DNA of 52,336 nucleotides from Vampirovibrio sp. (GTDB lineage: Bacteria; Cyanobacteriota; Vampirovibrionia; Vampirovibrionales; Vampirovibrionaceae). The translations under genes and the position numbers were made by a program. A model generated the notes under the pieces. It searched no databases. It was not told the origin of the DNA and worked only from the letters and a program-made list of their open reading frames with translations. The stretch is taken from positions 1-52,336 of the forward strand of contig JAHQWC010000029.1 of assembly GCA_019634025.1 (NCBI GenBank). The letters are read 5' to 3'. This document shows, in pieces, positions 16,995 to 26,211 of this stretch (its first letter is position 1; each line of letters begins with the position of its first letter).

Positions 16995-17513
16995 ATGAAC
17001 GCCCATCATCTCAGCGAAAAGCAGCAAAAAGCCGTCCGGCTCCTCAGCCGACCAGAAGATTATAAACTCACCCACCAGCAGGTCGCCAAAACCGTCGGCG
17101 TCGATCGCCGCACACTCTTTACCTGGAGAAGAAAGCCCGAATTCCAGCAAGCCATGCGCCTCGCCGCACAAGCCGCCATGCCCCTGGTCATGCAAGATAT
17201 CCACCGCAACCTCTGCGGTCAGGCCGTTCAGGGCGATCTCCAGGCCATTCGCCTGGTCCTCAAACTCTACGGCCAGCTGGATAAACACATGGAGGGTAAC
17301 CTCTGGCCCTACCCCACCAAACAGCACACCGCCCAACCCGATCTCTCCGAACCGGATCCCACCGCCAAAAAAGAAGCCCTCATTCAGTCAGCCTTAGAAG
17401 AAGTCCTGTTTTTCTATGAAGATCAAGACAACCCGCCAAACCCAGTACCCACCCAATTTTCTCAAAGGCCAGTCTTTCAACCGGATCCCAAAGATCCCAA
17501 ATTAAAAATTTAA
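16995..17513 (+). CDS. Phage-type helix-turn-helix DNA-binding protein (terminase-small-subunit-like / phBC6A51-type HTH), likely a mobile-element remnant
   Basis: 'LSEKQQKAVRLLSRPEDYKLTHQQVAKTVGVDRRTLFTWRRKPEFQQAMR' matches the HTH layout common in phage small-terminase/HTH genes. Good SD (GAGGGGA). Pro-rich disordered tail. Confidence 0.5.
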   Translation: MNAHHLSEKQQKAVRLLSRPEDYKLTHQQVAKTVGVDRRTLFTWRRKPEFQQAMRLAAQAAMPLVMQDIHRNLCGQAVQGDLQAIRLVLKLYGQLDKHMEGNLWPYPTKQHTAQPDLSEPDPTAKKEALIQSALEEVLFFYEDQDNPPNPVPTQFSQRPVFQPDPKDPKLKI

Positions 17514-17536
17514 AAAAAGATCCCAAAGATCCCAAA
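17484..17536 (+). repeat. Duplicated 18-mer GATCCCAAAGATCCCAAA (each a 9-bp tandem) spanning the stop codon of the HTH gene
   Basis: GATCCCAAA at 17484, 17493, 17519 and 17528. The two 18-mers are separated by the A/T-rich spacer TTAAAAATTTAAAAAAA. Confidence 0.8.
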
Positions 17537-17575
17537 CTAATTTTGATTCTCTCCCAAAAGAACCTCCTCATACCA

Positions 17576-17595
17576 ATGCCCTTAATTAAGGGCAT
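17576..17595. repeat. Perfect 20-bp palindrome ATGCCCTTAATTAAGGGCAT
   Basis: Read directly. Lies between the HTH gene and family-B copy 2. Confidence 0.85.
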
Positions 17596-17626
17596 ATACA
17601 GAAATCTTGTCCCAACTTTGTAAAAT

Positions 17627-17722
17627 GGCCGAGCGAACAGCCGTCAGGCTGTGAGCGAGGCCAAAAAAATAGCCAGGGCCGGGTGTGGGGCAGGAACAGG
17701 CCCCAGTGCCGGCGGAGCCGGC
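17627..17722 (-). repeat. Family-B structured element, copy 2
   Basis: GGCCGAGCGA-ACAGCC-GTCA-GGCTGT-GAGCGAGGCCAAAAAAATAGCCAGGGCCGGGTG-TGGGGC-AGGAACAG-GCCCCA-GT-GCCGGC-GGA-GCCGGC. Same orientation as copy 1. Lies 97 nt 3' of the stop of the TPS-domain gene. Confidence 0.8.
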
Positions 17723-17818
17723 TGTTCCAAAGAGTATAGCCGAAGCAATTAAATACCCTTAATCAAGGTGATCCCGCAGGAGGTCCTTCTTTTCACTTAG
17801 GACAACGGAGCTCAGAAA

Positions 17819-20800
17819 TTAATGCAGCAGGTTAAGAATTTTTTGCCACAGGGAATTATGTTGGTTTACCTCAGCCTCAGCAGGCTGAACAGCCAGTGCC
17901 GACGCAGTATTTTGGCGCGGGACAATCGGCGTAAATGTCGTTTTTGGCGGCGGCACGGTATCCTGTGGAGTAATGGTAGGGTTGCTAGATTGAGGCGTCG
18001 TTTGAACCTTAGACGCAACAGGCTTGGTGCCAATAATTTGGTGGGTGCGGGTGTCCATCACCGCCACAGAAGAACGGGCGCGGGTGGCAATGAAGAGTTG
18101 GTTGTTTTGAGCATCCAACGCCAAACCATAAGGATTGCCGGGCAGAGGGGTGGTTTTATTGACTTGGAGGGTTTGGGTATTAAAGGTAGTAATGGTGTTT
18201 TCCAGGAAGTTGGCAACGTAGGCGGTGTGGGTAGATTCATCGATGACGATACCGCGAGGGCCCGCACCGGTGGGAATGGTGCCGACAACTTTGTCGGTGG
18301 CAGGATCAATGACCGTCACGCCGTCAGCGCCGTAGGTGGTAACAAACAAGTAACCGGCAGATTCATCAAAAGCCGCCTGGACGGGCTTGGCGCCGACGTC
18401 GATGGTATTGATGACTTTACGGGTGGTGGTGTCAATGATAGAGACGGAGTTGCTACCAAAATTAGCCGTGTAGGCTTTGGTGCCTTGGACGTTAACCACA
18501 ATGTTTTTAGGCCGTTGGCCCACGTTAATTTCGTCCAGGATGTCGTAGGTGGTGGCATCAACCACGCTGACGGTGTGGTTATTGGTGTTAGCAACATAGA
18601 GACGATTGGTGGGTCGGTGCAGGGTAGTGCTGGTAGGGCCTCGGCCAGGGCCAAGGGGAATGGTAGCAACGACCTGCTGGGTGTTGGGGTTAATGACCGT
18701 GACGGTATCGCCATAGGTATGGCTGACGTAGGCAACGTTGCCGGTGTCAGTACTAGCCAACTGGAAACCACCGTTTTGGTAAGCGATAGTGGGGAAATGG
18801 TTGGTAAGGGTATTAGACACCGGGACAAAGCCGGGCTCTTGAGGGAGCTGGTGGGCGATTTGGGTGGTGTCGATATGGGCAAAGTTGTAATCATACTGCT
18901 GAAGCTGTTGGGTTGGTTCGGCTTGTTGAACAAGGCTGTTGTCCCCTTCGGGGAGCTGCTGAAGCGGAGAGGGGTCAAACCCGTTATCAGGGTTGGGCAA
19001 AGTAGTAAGGGTCAAGGTGCCATTACCATCCACAGCCACAGCGCCGTCTTGAACAATACCGCCGCTGACGCCAGCGACATTAGCAGTAATGGCGATCTCG
19101 GCGCCATCACCAAAAATGGCGCCGGTATTCACAGAATTACCCGCATTAATGGTGAGGTTTTTGGCCGTCACCCACTGAGGACCGTTGGTCAGAGTGGCAG
19201 TATTGGTGTTACCGGAAAGATCTGCAGTGGTAGCGCCGGCGCCTTCGCCAAAGTTCCAGCCACCAGCCAGATTCGTCTCAGGTCCGGTCACAACCGTGCC
19301 TTGACCACTGTTATAGCTCGCTTGAACCTGTGCGGTAGACAAATCGGTATTGTAAATCCTAACTTCATCCATATACCCGTGGAGGTTTTGACCACCACAA
19401 CACTGCCGGGCGCCAATGCGAAGGTCGTTGGCCGTGCTAAGAATATTGCCGGTTTCAGCACCCGCCGGAGCAATGGTTTCCAGCAATGTACCGTTTTGGT
19501 AGAACGTCCAATTTGTCCCGTCATACACAAAAGCCGCATGCACCCAGTCGCTGGCGGTTTTAGCCTGGGTGCCGCCCCAAGACCAACTTCCACCCGATAC
19601 CGTATCTACTGCAGCTTGGTAGAGGTTGCCATTAACAGCATATTCATAGACACCCTCTTTGTTGACGATCATCTCGGACGTGTTAGTAAGGAGATTGATC
19701 CAGGCTTCAATGGTCATGGTGTCGTTGGTGATATCGAGACTGGGAGAATTGAGAGCTATCAGATGATCGTTGCCGCCGTCAAAGAAAAGCGCGTCACGGC
19801 CCAGAAAGACGGACTGGCCAGTAGCAATATAGTTGCCATTGGTGTTGAACGTAAGATTATAAATGCCGGCTGCACCAACCTGACCGGTGAGATCAATATC
19901 GCCGATAAGGGTGATATCGTTATTGAGACTGGCGCTGCCAATGCTGACGGTGTTGGCCGTAATACGCCCCAGCTCTGCAGAGGAGACATCGAGACGAGTA
20001 CCGGCAACATCGTTATTATCCACAGCGCCAGAAACGGCAATGCCGGGGTCGCTTGTAGAGGGAAGGAGAGAAACGGTACCGGTGGTGCCAGCATCGATGG
20101 CGTTATTAATATCCACGGTGGCGCCGGTAAGGGAAATATCGCCACCATTTGAGGTAATCGTAGCGCCGACGGTAATGCCGCCAACATCGTCACTGCCGCC
20201 CGCACCGACACCGGATGCATCGGCAATAAGATTAATATCACCACCATTGGTAGTCAGGGCGGAGGTGATATCAATGTCGTTGCCTGCCCTGAGGGTGAGA
20301 GAATTACCCGCGGTAACGCCGTTGAGGGTCCAGGGGGTTTCTACAGAGATATCGTTGGAGGCTTCCAGTAAGACGTTGGCAAAGCCGTTGAAGCTGGAGG
20401 CGAGAAAGACGGATTCGCCGCCACTGTTATCGGCGTCGGTGTATGGCACCGTGGCGCTACCCGCCGGACCGGCGGCGCGGATACGAATGTCAGTAGGATC
20501 AATCAGGATAGTTCCATCGGCGCCGTTATTTGCCTGCCCGAAAGCAGTACCTGCAAACAGGACAGTATCCACAGCACTAAGTTCGATGAAGCCACCGTCG
20601 CCGGAGATATCACCACCTCGGGCATCCACCACGGCGTTTTGCTCAAAGGTGGTGTCGCCGTCAGACCAAACCAGAATCTCTCCACCACTGCTGTTTTCGC
20701 CATTACCTTTGGCCGAGGTGAGACTGCCTTCCCTTAAGGTTACCTGGTTGCTGGCGTTAATATCAATGAACCCACCGTCCACATCGGTCTTACCGTCTGC

Positions 20801-21679
20801 AATGAGGCGGCCCTGTTGTTCCACCACGTCGCCCTGAATGGTGATGCTGCCGTTTTTGTCGTTGATATGGGTGGCCTGGATAACGCCGTCTAAATTGACC
20901 ACCTGGGACAAGAGCTTGTCCTGAACCTTCTCGTGAAGTTGAGCTTGGAGGTTGATAGTATTGGCGGTAATGTCGCCGGTGTTGGTAATGGATTTTTGGA
21001 TCTGGGCGACCTCTTGCTGTAAGACTTCATCTACAGTGACATCCAGGATCACATTGTTTGCCAGATGGACCCGAACCTGATCACCCACAGCCAGATGAAT
21101 CTGGCCGTCTGGAGCGGTGAGGGATCCACCGTTGGTGACAGACTGACTGATGAGGGTGATAAAGCCACCCGGGGTGGTTTCGATGACGCCGTTGTTAAGG
21201 ATGGCAGCAGGTTGATCCGAGGGCTGAAGCGCATCTGTCGTAAATAGCCATGAGCCGTTTGGGTTACCGAGGTAATGTTGGTTTTGAATGGGGAGGGTAC
21301 TGGCCAAAAAGCCGCCGGTATTAACCTGAGCAGTGGCGGACAAGGTGATGCCTGCAGGGTTAACCAAAAGCACCTGACCATTGCTGTTGAGGGCACCACT
21401 GATGAGACTGTTGCCACCGAGGACTTGGTTGAGGATGCTGGAGGTGGTGTTGGGCAGGAAGAAATTAACGGTTTCGCTGGCGCCCACGTTGAAGGTTTGG
21501 TAATTGACGATGGCCTGGTTGGATTTGGAGGTAACGTTGAGCACCGAGCCGGCTTCTTGAATGTGGACATCGCCAGAGACGACCTGCCATCCGGCAGGCA
21601 GGGCATAGGCACTGTGGGTATGAGCCGACAACACACTGAGCAAACCCAGGAGAACCTGAACCACAAATGCTTTTTGCAT
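17819..21679 (-). CDS. Large secreted TPS-domain (filamentous-haemagglutinin N-terminal domain) exoprotein with beta-helix repeats, a LamG/ConA-like domain and a C-terminal YVTN-type beta-propeller
   Basis: Signal peptide 'MQKAFVVQVLLGLLSVLSAHTHSAYA' (start 21679; the ORF track extends to 21832). TPS block 'SNQAIVNYQTFNVGASETVNFFLPNTTSSILNQVLGGNSLISGALNSNGQVLLVNPAGI'. LamG-like 'ALFFDGGNDHLI...MTIEAWINL...MDEVRIYN'. About seven 'YV.N...N.VSVID..T..V' blades. Confidence 0.85.
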   Translation of the reverse strand: MQKAFVVQVLLGLLSVLSAHTHSAYALPAGWQVVSGDVHIQEAGSVLNVTSKSNQAIVNYQTFNVGASETVNFFLPNTTSSILNQVLGGNSLISGALNSNGQVLLVNPAGITLSATAQVNTGGFLASTLPIQNQHYLGNPNGSWLFTTDALQPSDQPAAILNNGVIETTPGGFITLISQSVTNGGSLTAPDGQIHLAVGDQVRVHLANNVILDVTVDEVLQQEVAQIQKSITNTGDITANTINLQAQLHEKVQDKLLSQVVNLDGVIQATHINDKNGSITIQGDVVEQQGRLIADGKTDVDGGFIDINASNQVTLREGSLTSAKGNGENSSGGEILVWSDGDTTFEQNAVVDARGGDISGDGGFIELSAVDTVLFAGTAFGQANNGADGTILIDPTDIRIRAAGPAGSATVPYTDADNSGGESVFLASSFNGFANVLLEASNDISVETPWTLNGVTAGNSLTLRAGNDIDITSALTTNGGDINLIADASGVGAGGSDDVGGITVGATITSNGGDISLTGATVDINNAIDAGTTGTVSLLPSTSDPGIAVSGAVDNNDVAGTRLDVSSAELGRITANTVSIGSASLNNDITLIGDIDLTGQVGAAGIYNLTFNTNGNYIATGQSVFLGRDALFFDGGNDHLIALNSPSLDITNDTMTIEAWINLLTNTSEMIVNKEGVYEYAVNGNLYQAAVDTVSGGSWSWGGTQAKTASDWVHAAFVYDGTNWTFYQNGTLLETIAPAGAETGNILSTANDLRIGARQCCGGQNLHGYMDEVRIYNTDLSTAQVQASYNSGQGTVVTGPETNLAGGWNFGEGAGATTADLSGNTNTATLTNGPQWVTAKNLTINAGNSVNTGAIFGDGAEIAITANVAGVSGGIVQDGAVAVDGNGTLTLTTLPNPDNGFDPSPLQQLPEGDNSLVQQAEPTQQLQQYDYNFAHIDTTQIAHQLPQEPGFVPVSNTLTNHFPTIAYQNGGFQLASTDTGNVAYVSHTYGDTVTVINPNTQQVVATIPLGPGRGPTSTTLHRPTNRLYVANTNNHTVSVVDATTYDILDEINVGQRPKNIVVNVQGTKAYTANFGSNSVSIIDTTTRKVINTIDVGAKPVQAAFDESAGYLFVTTYGADGVTVIDPATDKVVGTIPTGAGPRGIVIDESTHTAYVANFLENTITTFNTQTLQVNKTTPLPGNPYGLALDAQNNQLFIATRARSSVAVMDTRTHQIIGTKPVASKVQTTPQSSNPTITPQDTVPPPKTTFTPIVPRQNTASALAVQPAEAEVNQHNSLWQKILNLLH

Positions 21680-22174
21680 GACCCCGCACACGGAATTAAA
21701 CAGCCCAAAGAGCCGGGCAAGGCCCGGGACGAAATCTTCTTTGAGGACCGTCCAGGTAATGAGCCGGCCCCCGGAAAACAGCAAGAACCGATGGCAATTG
21801 CTGCCGCTGCGGATGAGTTTATGGTGTTGCAATGGATTTACCTCGGCAATTTGAGGTGTTCAGCATCTTCACGGCTAATTGAGTATCGGCAACCCATGTG
21901 GTGATTTCCATCGAAAGGACTAGATCTCCATAGAATGGAGGAGACAGATTAGGGTGACAGTTACCAACGAGAGTAACCCGTATTTTCAAACGCTTGTGTC
22001 GCTTGTATTTAGATGCGATTTGCGTAAACCGACGTCATGCATTACAATTGTCGTGTGAGTGAATCCAGCCAATAGGCTTTTGTTTAGGTTGAACCAACTT
22101 TTAGTCGCGTCGTCCTAAATTGACTGCGCAGACAATTGTGTGAACAAGTGTGAGAACACCGTGGAGGATGTGCC

Positions 22175-22762
22175 ATGAGACTTGCTCCTGTGATGGGACC
22201 TGGAATGGAACAGCGTCAAAGATGCGTGGGAATTTTTACGCCCCGGATGGGAAATACAGCCGTGTTTGCCGGACAGCAGAGTGATGGTCAGAACACCGTA
22301 AATTCTGGGACTTATGATTTAGAAAAGGTGCCTCTAGAAAATGCACAATGGACCTTGACCCGGCAAGCAGTGGAAGAATCGCTGGATGTGGTGCCACCGG
22401 GAAGCGTTGAAAGTCAGCAGAAAGCAACTATTATGCCTGCTGCGAACCCTACAGGGATTGGCAGCAATAAGGTATTGTCAGCAATGGCTAAAGACAGCGG
22501 TAAGACAGAAGAAATGCGGATGCTGGCCACCCGAGGATTAGACAACCATGGTGACCTGTATCAGGTGTGGCAGGTGTTTCGTAAGATAGTGCCCATTGAC
22601 GCTACCCACCAAGGACTGGTGACGGTACATTTGTTACGGCAACAACTGACCGACGTTGATGAAAAAGCCGGTAATCCAAGCCAAAGTAATGCTAAAAAAC
22701 GGGAAGGGCATGAGCAGCACAATAATCACCCGCTCAGCCGAAAGTTTGTAGGTCACTCCTAA
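22175..22762 (+). CDS. Hypothetical protein (uncertain; its 3' end overlaps the convergent Yip1 gene by 129 nt)
   Basis: GGAGG 7 nt upstream of the ATG. No recognisable motifs. The last 40 aa or so look like antisense read-through of the Yip1 gene. Confidence 0.3.
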   Translation: MRLAPVMGPGMEQRQRCVGIFTPRMGNTAVFAGQQSDGQNTVNSGTYDLEKVPLENAQWTLTRQAVEESLDVVPPGSVESQQKATIMPAANPTGIGSNKVLSAMAKDSGKTEEMRMLATRGLDNHGDLYQVWQVFRKIVPIDATHQGLVTVHLLRQQLTDVDEKAGNPSQSNAKKREGHEQHNNHPLSRKFVGHS

Positions 22763-23275
22763 CGCCAGGGCAAACAGCACGACGCTCCACAACCAAATGC
22801 CCAAGCCTGCCAGTACATTAAGGGTGATGCCAAACCCGCCCAAGCCGATTTTGAGGAGGGCCAACGGCCCCATGAAAAACCAGGGCAGGGTAGAAAGTGC
22901 CGACAGTGTGAGGAAGGTACGGAGCCGGGAATGGCTAGTAAAAGCGTAGGCCACCATGTTAAGCAATGACCCGATGGAGAACCAGACAAAGAGACCAAAA
23001 ACTGCTTTAAGCGGGATCTCAAACGCCAGGGACAAGGGATCGGCACTGGCTTTGAGGACGAAGGTGAGAACCGGCGCCATGCCGGACACCAGAAGAATAA
23101 AGATCATGCCATAGAAGAGCTGGAGACCGGTGGGTTCAACCTCTTGGAGCTTCTGGAATGTTTTGACCGGATGAAAGAGGGTACCGTAGAACAGGTTGAA
23201 AAAGCCGCCCTGATTCTCATCAGTGTCACCGTCTGACGGGAGCATGAAGTAGTCTGCTGGATTGGAAGTCGTCAT
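22634..23275 (-). CDS. Yip1-domain integral membrane protein
   Basis: Cytosolic N-terminus 'FFNLFYGTLFHPVKTFQKL' followed by five hydrophobic helices. Immediately downstream of sppA (9-nt gap). Confidence 0.6.
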   Translation of the reverse strand: MTTSNPADYFMLPSDGDTDENQGGFFNLFYGTLFHPVKTFQKLQEVEPTGLQLFYGMIFILLVSGMAPVLTFVLKASADPLSLAFEIPLKAVFGLFVWFSIGSLLNMVAYAFTSHSRLRTFLTLSALSTLPWFFMGPLALLKIGLGGFGITLNVLAGLGIWLWSVVLFALALGVTYKLSAERVIIVLLMPFPFFSITLAWITGFFINVGQLLP

Positions 23276-23284
23276 GGCAGGCCC

Positions 23285-24355
23285 CTATTCCATAATCCAC
23301 AGGGGTTGGTTGGGGTGGCGCATGCTGAAGGGCACCATGCCGTCGAAGGCTTCATCTAATGGGTTGGCCGCCTTGGGTGGGCGAATGGGGGTATGGCTGG
23401 AGAGGCCCAAGAAATCTTTGAGGGTGTAGCTGTCGGTATAACGCTCTAAGGGGAGGAGCTCGCCTTTGGAGCGACCAACATCGCCGGAGCGCTCTTTGGA
23501 CATTTTATCCAGTAGCTTGTGGGCCACATGCATATCGCCAATTTCGTCGACGAGGCCCATCTTTTGGGCTTCGGTAGCCACCAAAACCCGACCATCGGCA
23601 ACGGAGGTGATTTTGTCGGTCCAGGTAGCTTTTTCCGCCGGATCTTTAATGCCCATGGCTTTGAGGCGGCCTTCCAAAACGGCATTGAGGAATTGGTCGT
23701 AGCTGATGTCGATCATGTCTTGCACCAGGTTCAGTTCATCCTGGCGAACCTCGCGGTAGGGGTTGAGGAGATCTTTGAAGTGACCACTTTTGATGGTGTG
23801 GGATCTGACGCCAAGTTTGTCTGTCATCAACCGCTTGAAATTGAGAGTGGAAATGATGACACCGATGGAGCCGGTGAGGGTACCGGGATTGGAGACGATT
23901 TTATCGGCGGCGCAGGCGGTGTAATACCCGCCGCTGGCGGCGACATCTCCAAAAGACACCACCACCGGTTTTTTATCGCGCACCCGAACCACAGCGGCGT
24001 GGAGCTCTTGGCTCATACCTACGGTGCCGCCAGGAGAGTTAATGCGAAGGAGAACCCCTAACACATTGTCATCTTTCAGTGCTTTTTCCAGACCTTTGCG
24101 AGCTTTGACGGCAGAGGAATCGTTATCAAACAGGCCTTCTTCACCATCCATCATGATGGGGCCGTTGAGATCCACCAACATAAGGTGCTTGCCTTTAAAG
24201 TTGCTGATGACTGAGGCCGCAAGACTGCCGGATTCTTCGCCTTCCACCACCTCAGTGGAGGTTGTGTCTGCGGGATTAAGGATGGCGTTGAAGACGCCGA
24301 CGGCCAATGCCAGAATGCAGACAGCAAATAACGCAATGGGAAGTTTTTTGGTCAT
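23285..24355 (-). CDS. sppA: Signal peptide peptidase SppA, 36K type (S49 family)
   Basis: N-terminal anchor, 'LLRINSPGGTVGMSQEL', 'ASGGYYTACAADKIVSNPGTLTGSIGV', 'KSGHFKD'. Confidence 0.9.
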   Translation of the reverse strand: MTKKLPIALFAVCILALAVGVFNAILNPADTTSTEVVEGEESGSLAASVISNFKGKHLMLVDLNGPIMMDGEEGLFDNDSSAVKARKGLEKALKDDNVLGVLLRINSPGGTVGMSQELHAAVVRVRDKKPVVVSFGDVAASGGYYTACAADKIVSNPGTLTGSIGVIISTLNFKRLMTDKLGVRSHTIKSGHFKDLLNPYREVRQDELNLVQDMIDISYDQFLNAVLEGRLKAMGIKDPAEKATWTDKITSVADGRVLVATEAQKMGLVDEIGDMHVAHKLLDKMSKERSGDVGRSKGELLPLERYTDSYTLKDFLGLSSHTPIRPPKAANPLDEAFDGMVPFSMRHPNQPLWIME

Positions 24356-24622
24356 CAGTGGGGATCCCTATTTAAACCTGTATACCTAAATGCTTCATAT
24401 CCGCTTGAACAAACACGCCTTCAGGGGTGGGCGGTTTCGCCTCATGTGTAATTGGTTATTATTGTACTATTTTTTCTGCATTGAGGTTTTCCTTTTTTCG
24501 CAAAAAGACAAAAAGAATGGTCCGTTGGACTGCCTTGCATCGTGTAGGTGATCCGTCTAAAGTGAGGGATGGGTGAATGACCTTAATAAACTAGAGGGTG
24601 AAAAAACGGACAGGAGACGGCC

Positions 24623-26200
24623 ATGATTTCCAGAGTGTATTCGGCGGCCATTGCGGGATTGGACGCACAAAAGGTAACTGTTGAGGTAGATTTGGCCAGC
24701 GGGATTCCGGGGGTGTTTATTGTGGGGCTACCTGATGCAGCGGTGAATGAATCGAAAGAGCGGGTGAAATCGGCCATTAAAAATAGCGAATTTGCCTTTC
24801 CCCTAAAGCGGGTGGTGATTAATTTGGCGCCAGCCGATATTAAAAAAGAGGGCACGGTGTTTGACTTACCCCTGGCGGTAGGGGTATTACTGGCTAGTGA
24901 GGCGTTAATGCCCACGGAGTTTTTGGAGAAGACATGCTTTGCCGGGGAAGTGTCGTTGGAGGGATCGTTGCGGCCTATTGCCGGGACACTGTCAATGGCA
25001 TTGATGGCCCGAGAAGAGGGCATGGAATATTTGGTGGTGCCGGAAGAAAACATGCTGGAAGCTTCTTTGGTGGAAGGTATTACGGTGTTTGGGTTAAAGC
25101 ACTTAAAAGATTTGCCGGTGTTTTTGGTGCATCCCCATACCTTTAGCAAGCCAGTGGACCGGCAAACGTTGATGGCCAAAGCCAAAAGTAGAGTGTCGCC
25201 TTACGGGGTGGATTTTGCCGACGTGAAAGGGCATGCCCATGCCAAGCGGGCATTAGAGATTGCCGCCAGTGGGGGGCACAACGTGGTGATGGTGGGGCCG
25301 CCGGGGAGTGGAAAGTCGATGTTGGCCAAGGCGTTTGTGGGAATTTTGCCGGGGCTGAGCTTTGATGAGATGTTAGAGGTGAGCCGCATTTATAGTGTGG
25401 CCGGGATGTTGAGCCAACAGGAGGGACTGATTTTTCATCGGCCGTTTCGATCACCTCACCATTCGGCCTCGGCACCCGGCATTGCGGGAGGCGGCAGTAA
25501 CCCCAAACCCGGAGAGATGACATTGGCTCACCGGGGAGTGTTGTTTTTGGACGAGTTTGTGGAGTTTTCTCGCAATGCGTTAGAAGTATTGCGCCAACCC
25601 TTGGAGAACGGTGAGGTGACCATTAGCCGGGCGCAGCAAAACGTAACTTATCCGGCAAAGTTTATGCTGATGGCAGCGTTGAACCCCTGCCCATGTGGGT
25701 TTAAGGGAGACAATGTAAAAACGTGTACGTGCAGTGATACCCAGGTGCAGCGGTATATCAGCAAAATATCGGGGCCGCTGTTGGACCGGATCGATATTCA
25801 GTTGGAGATTCCCCGGTTGACGGACAAAGAGTTGCTGGAGAAGCCGGGAGCAGAGGGAGAGACGTCTGAGACTATTCGGGCTCGGGTTGAAGCGGCAAGA
25901 GAGATTCAGAAAAGACGTTTTGAAAGCACCGGGGTACTGTGCAATGCAGAGATGACACCGGGACAGATTCAGGAATTTTGTGTGTTAGATGATGGGAGCA
26001 AGGAATTGATGCAACGGGCGGCGCAGCGGATGCATTTGAGCGCCCGGGCGTTTGACCGGATTTTACGATTGGCCAGAACCTTGGCGGATTTAGAAAGCGT
26101 TGAAGCGGTGGCGTCTACGCACCTGGCTGAGGCGCTGCAGTACCGAGCATTGGAACGATTGTATCAGCCACGAGGCAATGCCGCAGCAGCGCTAGTGTAA
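24623..26200 (+). CDS. comM: YifB/ComM-family Mg-chelatase-like ATPase
   Basis: Lon-like N domain 'INLAPADIKKEG..FDLPLA', Walker A 'MVGPPGSGKSMLA', 'GVLFLDEF', zinc-knuckle 'NPCPCG', 'LSARAFDRILRLARTLADL'. Confidence 0.93.
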   Translation: MISRVYSAAIAGLDAQKVTVEVDLASGIPGVFIVGLPDAAVNESKERVKSAIKNSEFAFPLKRVVINLAPADIKKEGTVFDLPLAVGVLLASEALMPTEFLEKTCFAGEVSLEGSLRPIAGTLSMALMAREEGMEYLVVPEENMLEASLVEGITVFGLKHLKDLPVFLVHPHTFSKPVDRQTLMAKAKSRVSPYGVDFADVKGHAHAKRALEIAASGGHNVVMVGPPGSGKSMLAKAFVGILPGLSFDEMLEVSRIYSVAGMLSQQEGLIFHRPFRSPHHSASAPGIAGGGSNPKPGEMTLAHRGVLFLDEFVEFSRNALEVLRQPLENGEVTISRAQQNVTYPAKFMLMAALNPCPCGFKGDNVKTCTCSDTQVQRYISKISGPLLDRIDIQLEIPRLTDKELLEKPGAEGETSETIRARVEAAREIQKRRFESTGVLCNAEMTPGQIQEFCVLDDGSKELMQRAAQRMHLSARAFDRILRLARTLADLESVEAVASTHLAEALQYRALERLYQPRGNAAAALV

Positions 26201-26211
26201 ACGAATCTGTT

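Noticed and set aside
12295-17722. Family-B copies as attL/attR of an integrated element carrying the RiPP-like island
   Set aside because: The interval also contains ffh, an essential native-GC gene. The AT-rich DNA occupies only about 14.0-16.7 kb, and no integrase is present. The repeats are better explained as 3'-end structural modules of two minus-strand genes. This is not fully excluded without comparative genomes.
17822-20152. 776-aa plus-strand ORF (and several ORFs of 100-316 aa) inside the TPS-domain gene region
   Set aside because: They lie antisense or out of frame to a gene with clear TPS, LamG and YVTN motifs. Their products are Gly/Arg/Val-rich low-complexity sequence, typical of shadow frames of Thr/Asn/Gly-rich beta-helix genes. 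They have no SD sequences.
22634-22762. 129-nt convergent overlap of ORF 22175..22762 with the Yip1 gene as evidence of a functional antisense arrangement
   Set aside because: It is more simply explained by the plus-strand ORF being spurious or ending in non-functional read-through. The Yip1 frame is hydrophobic-helix coding right to its end.
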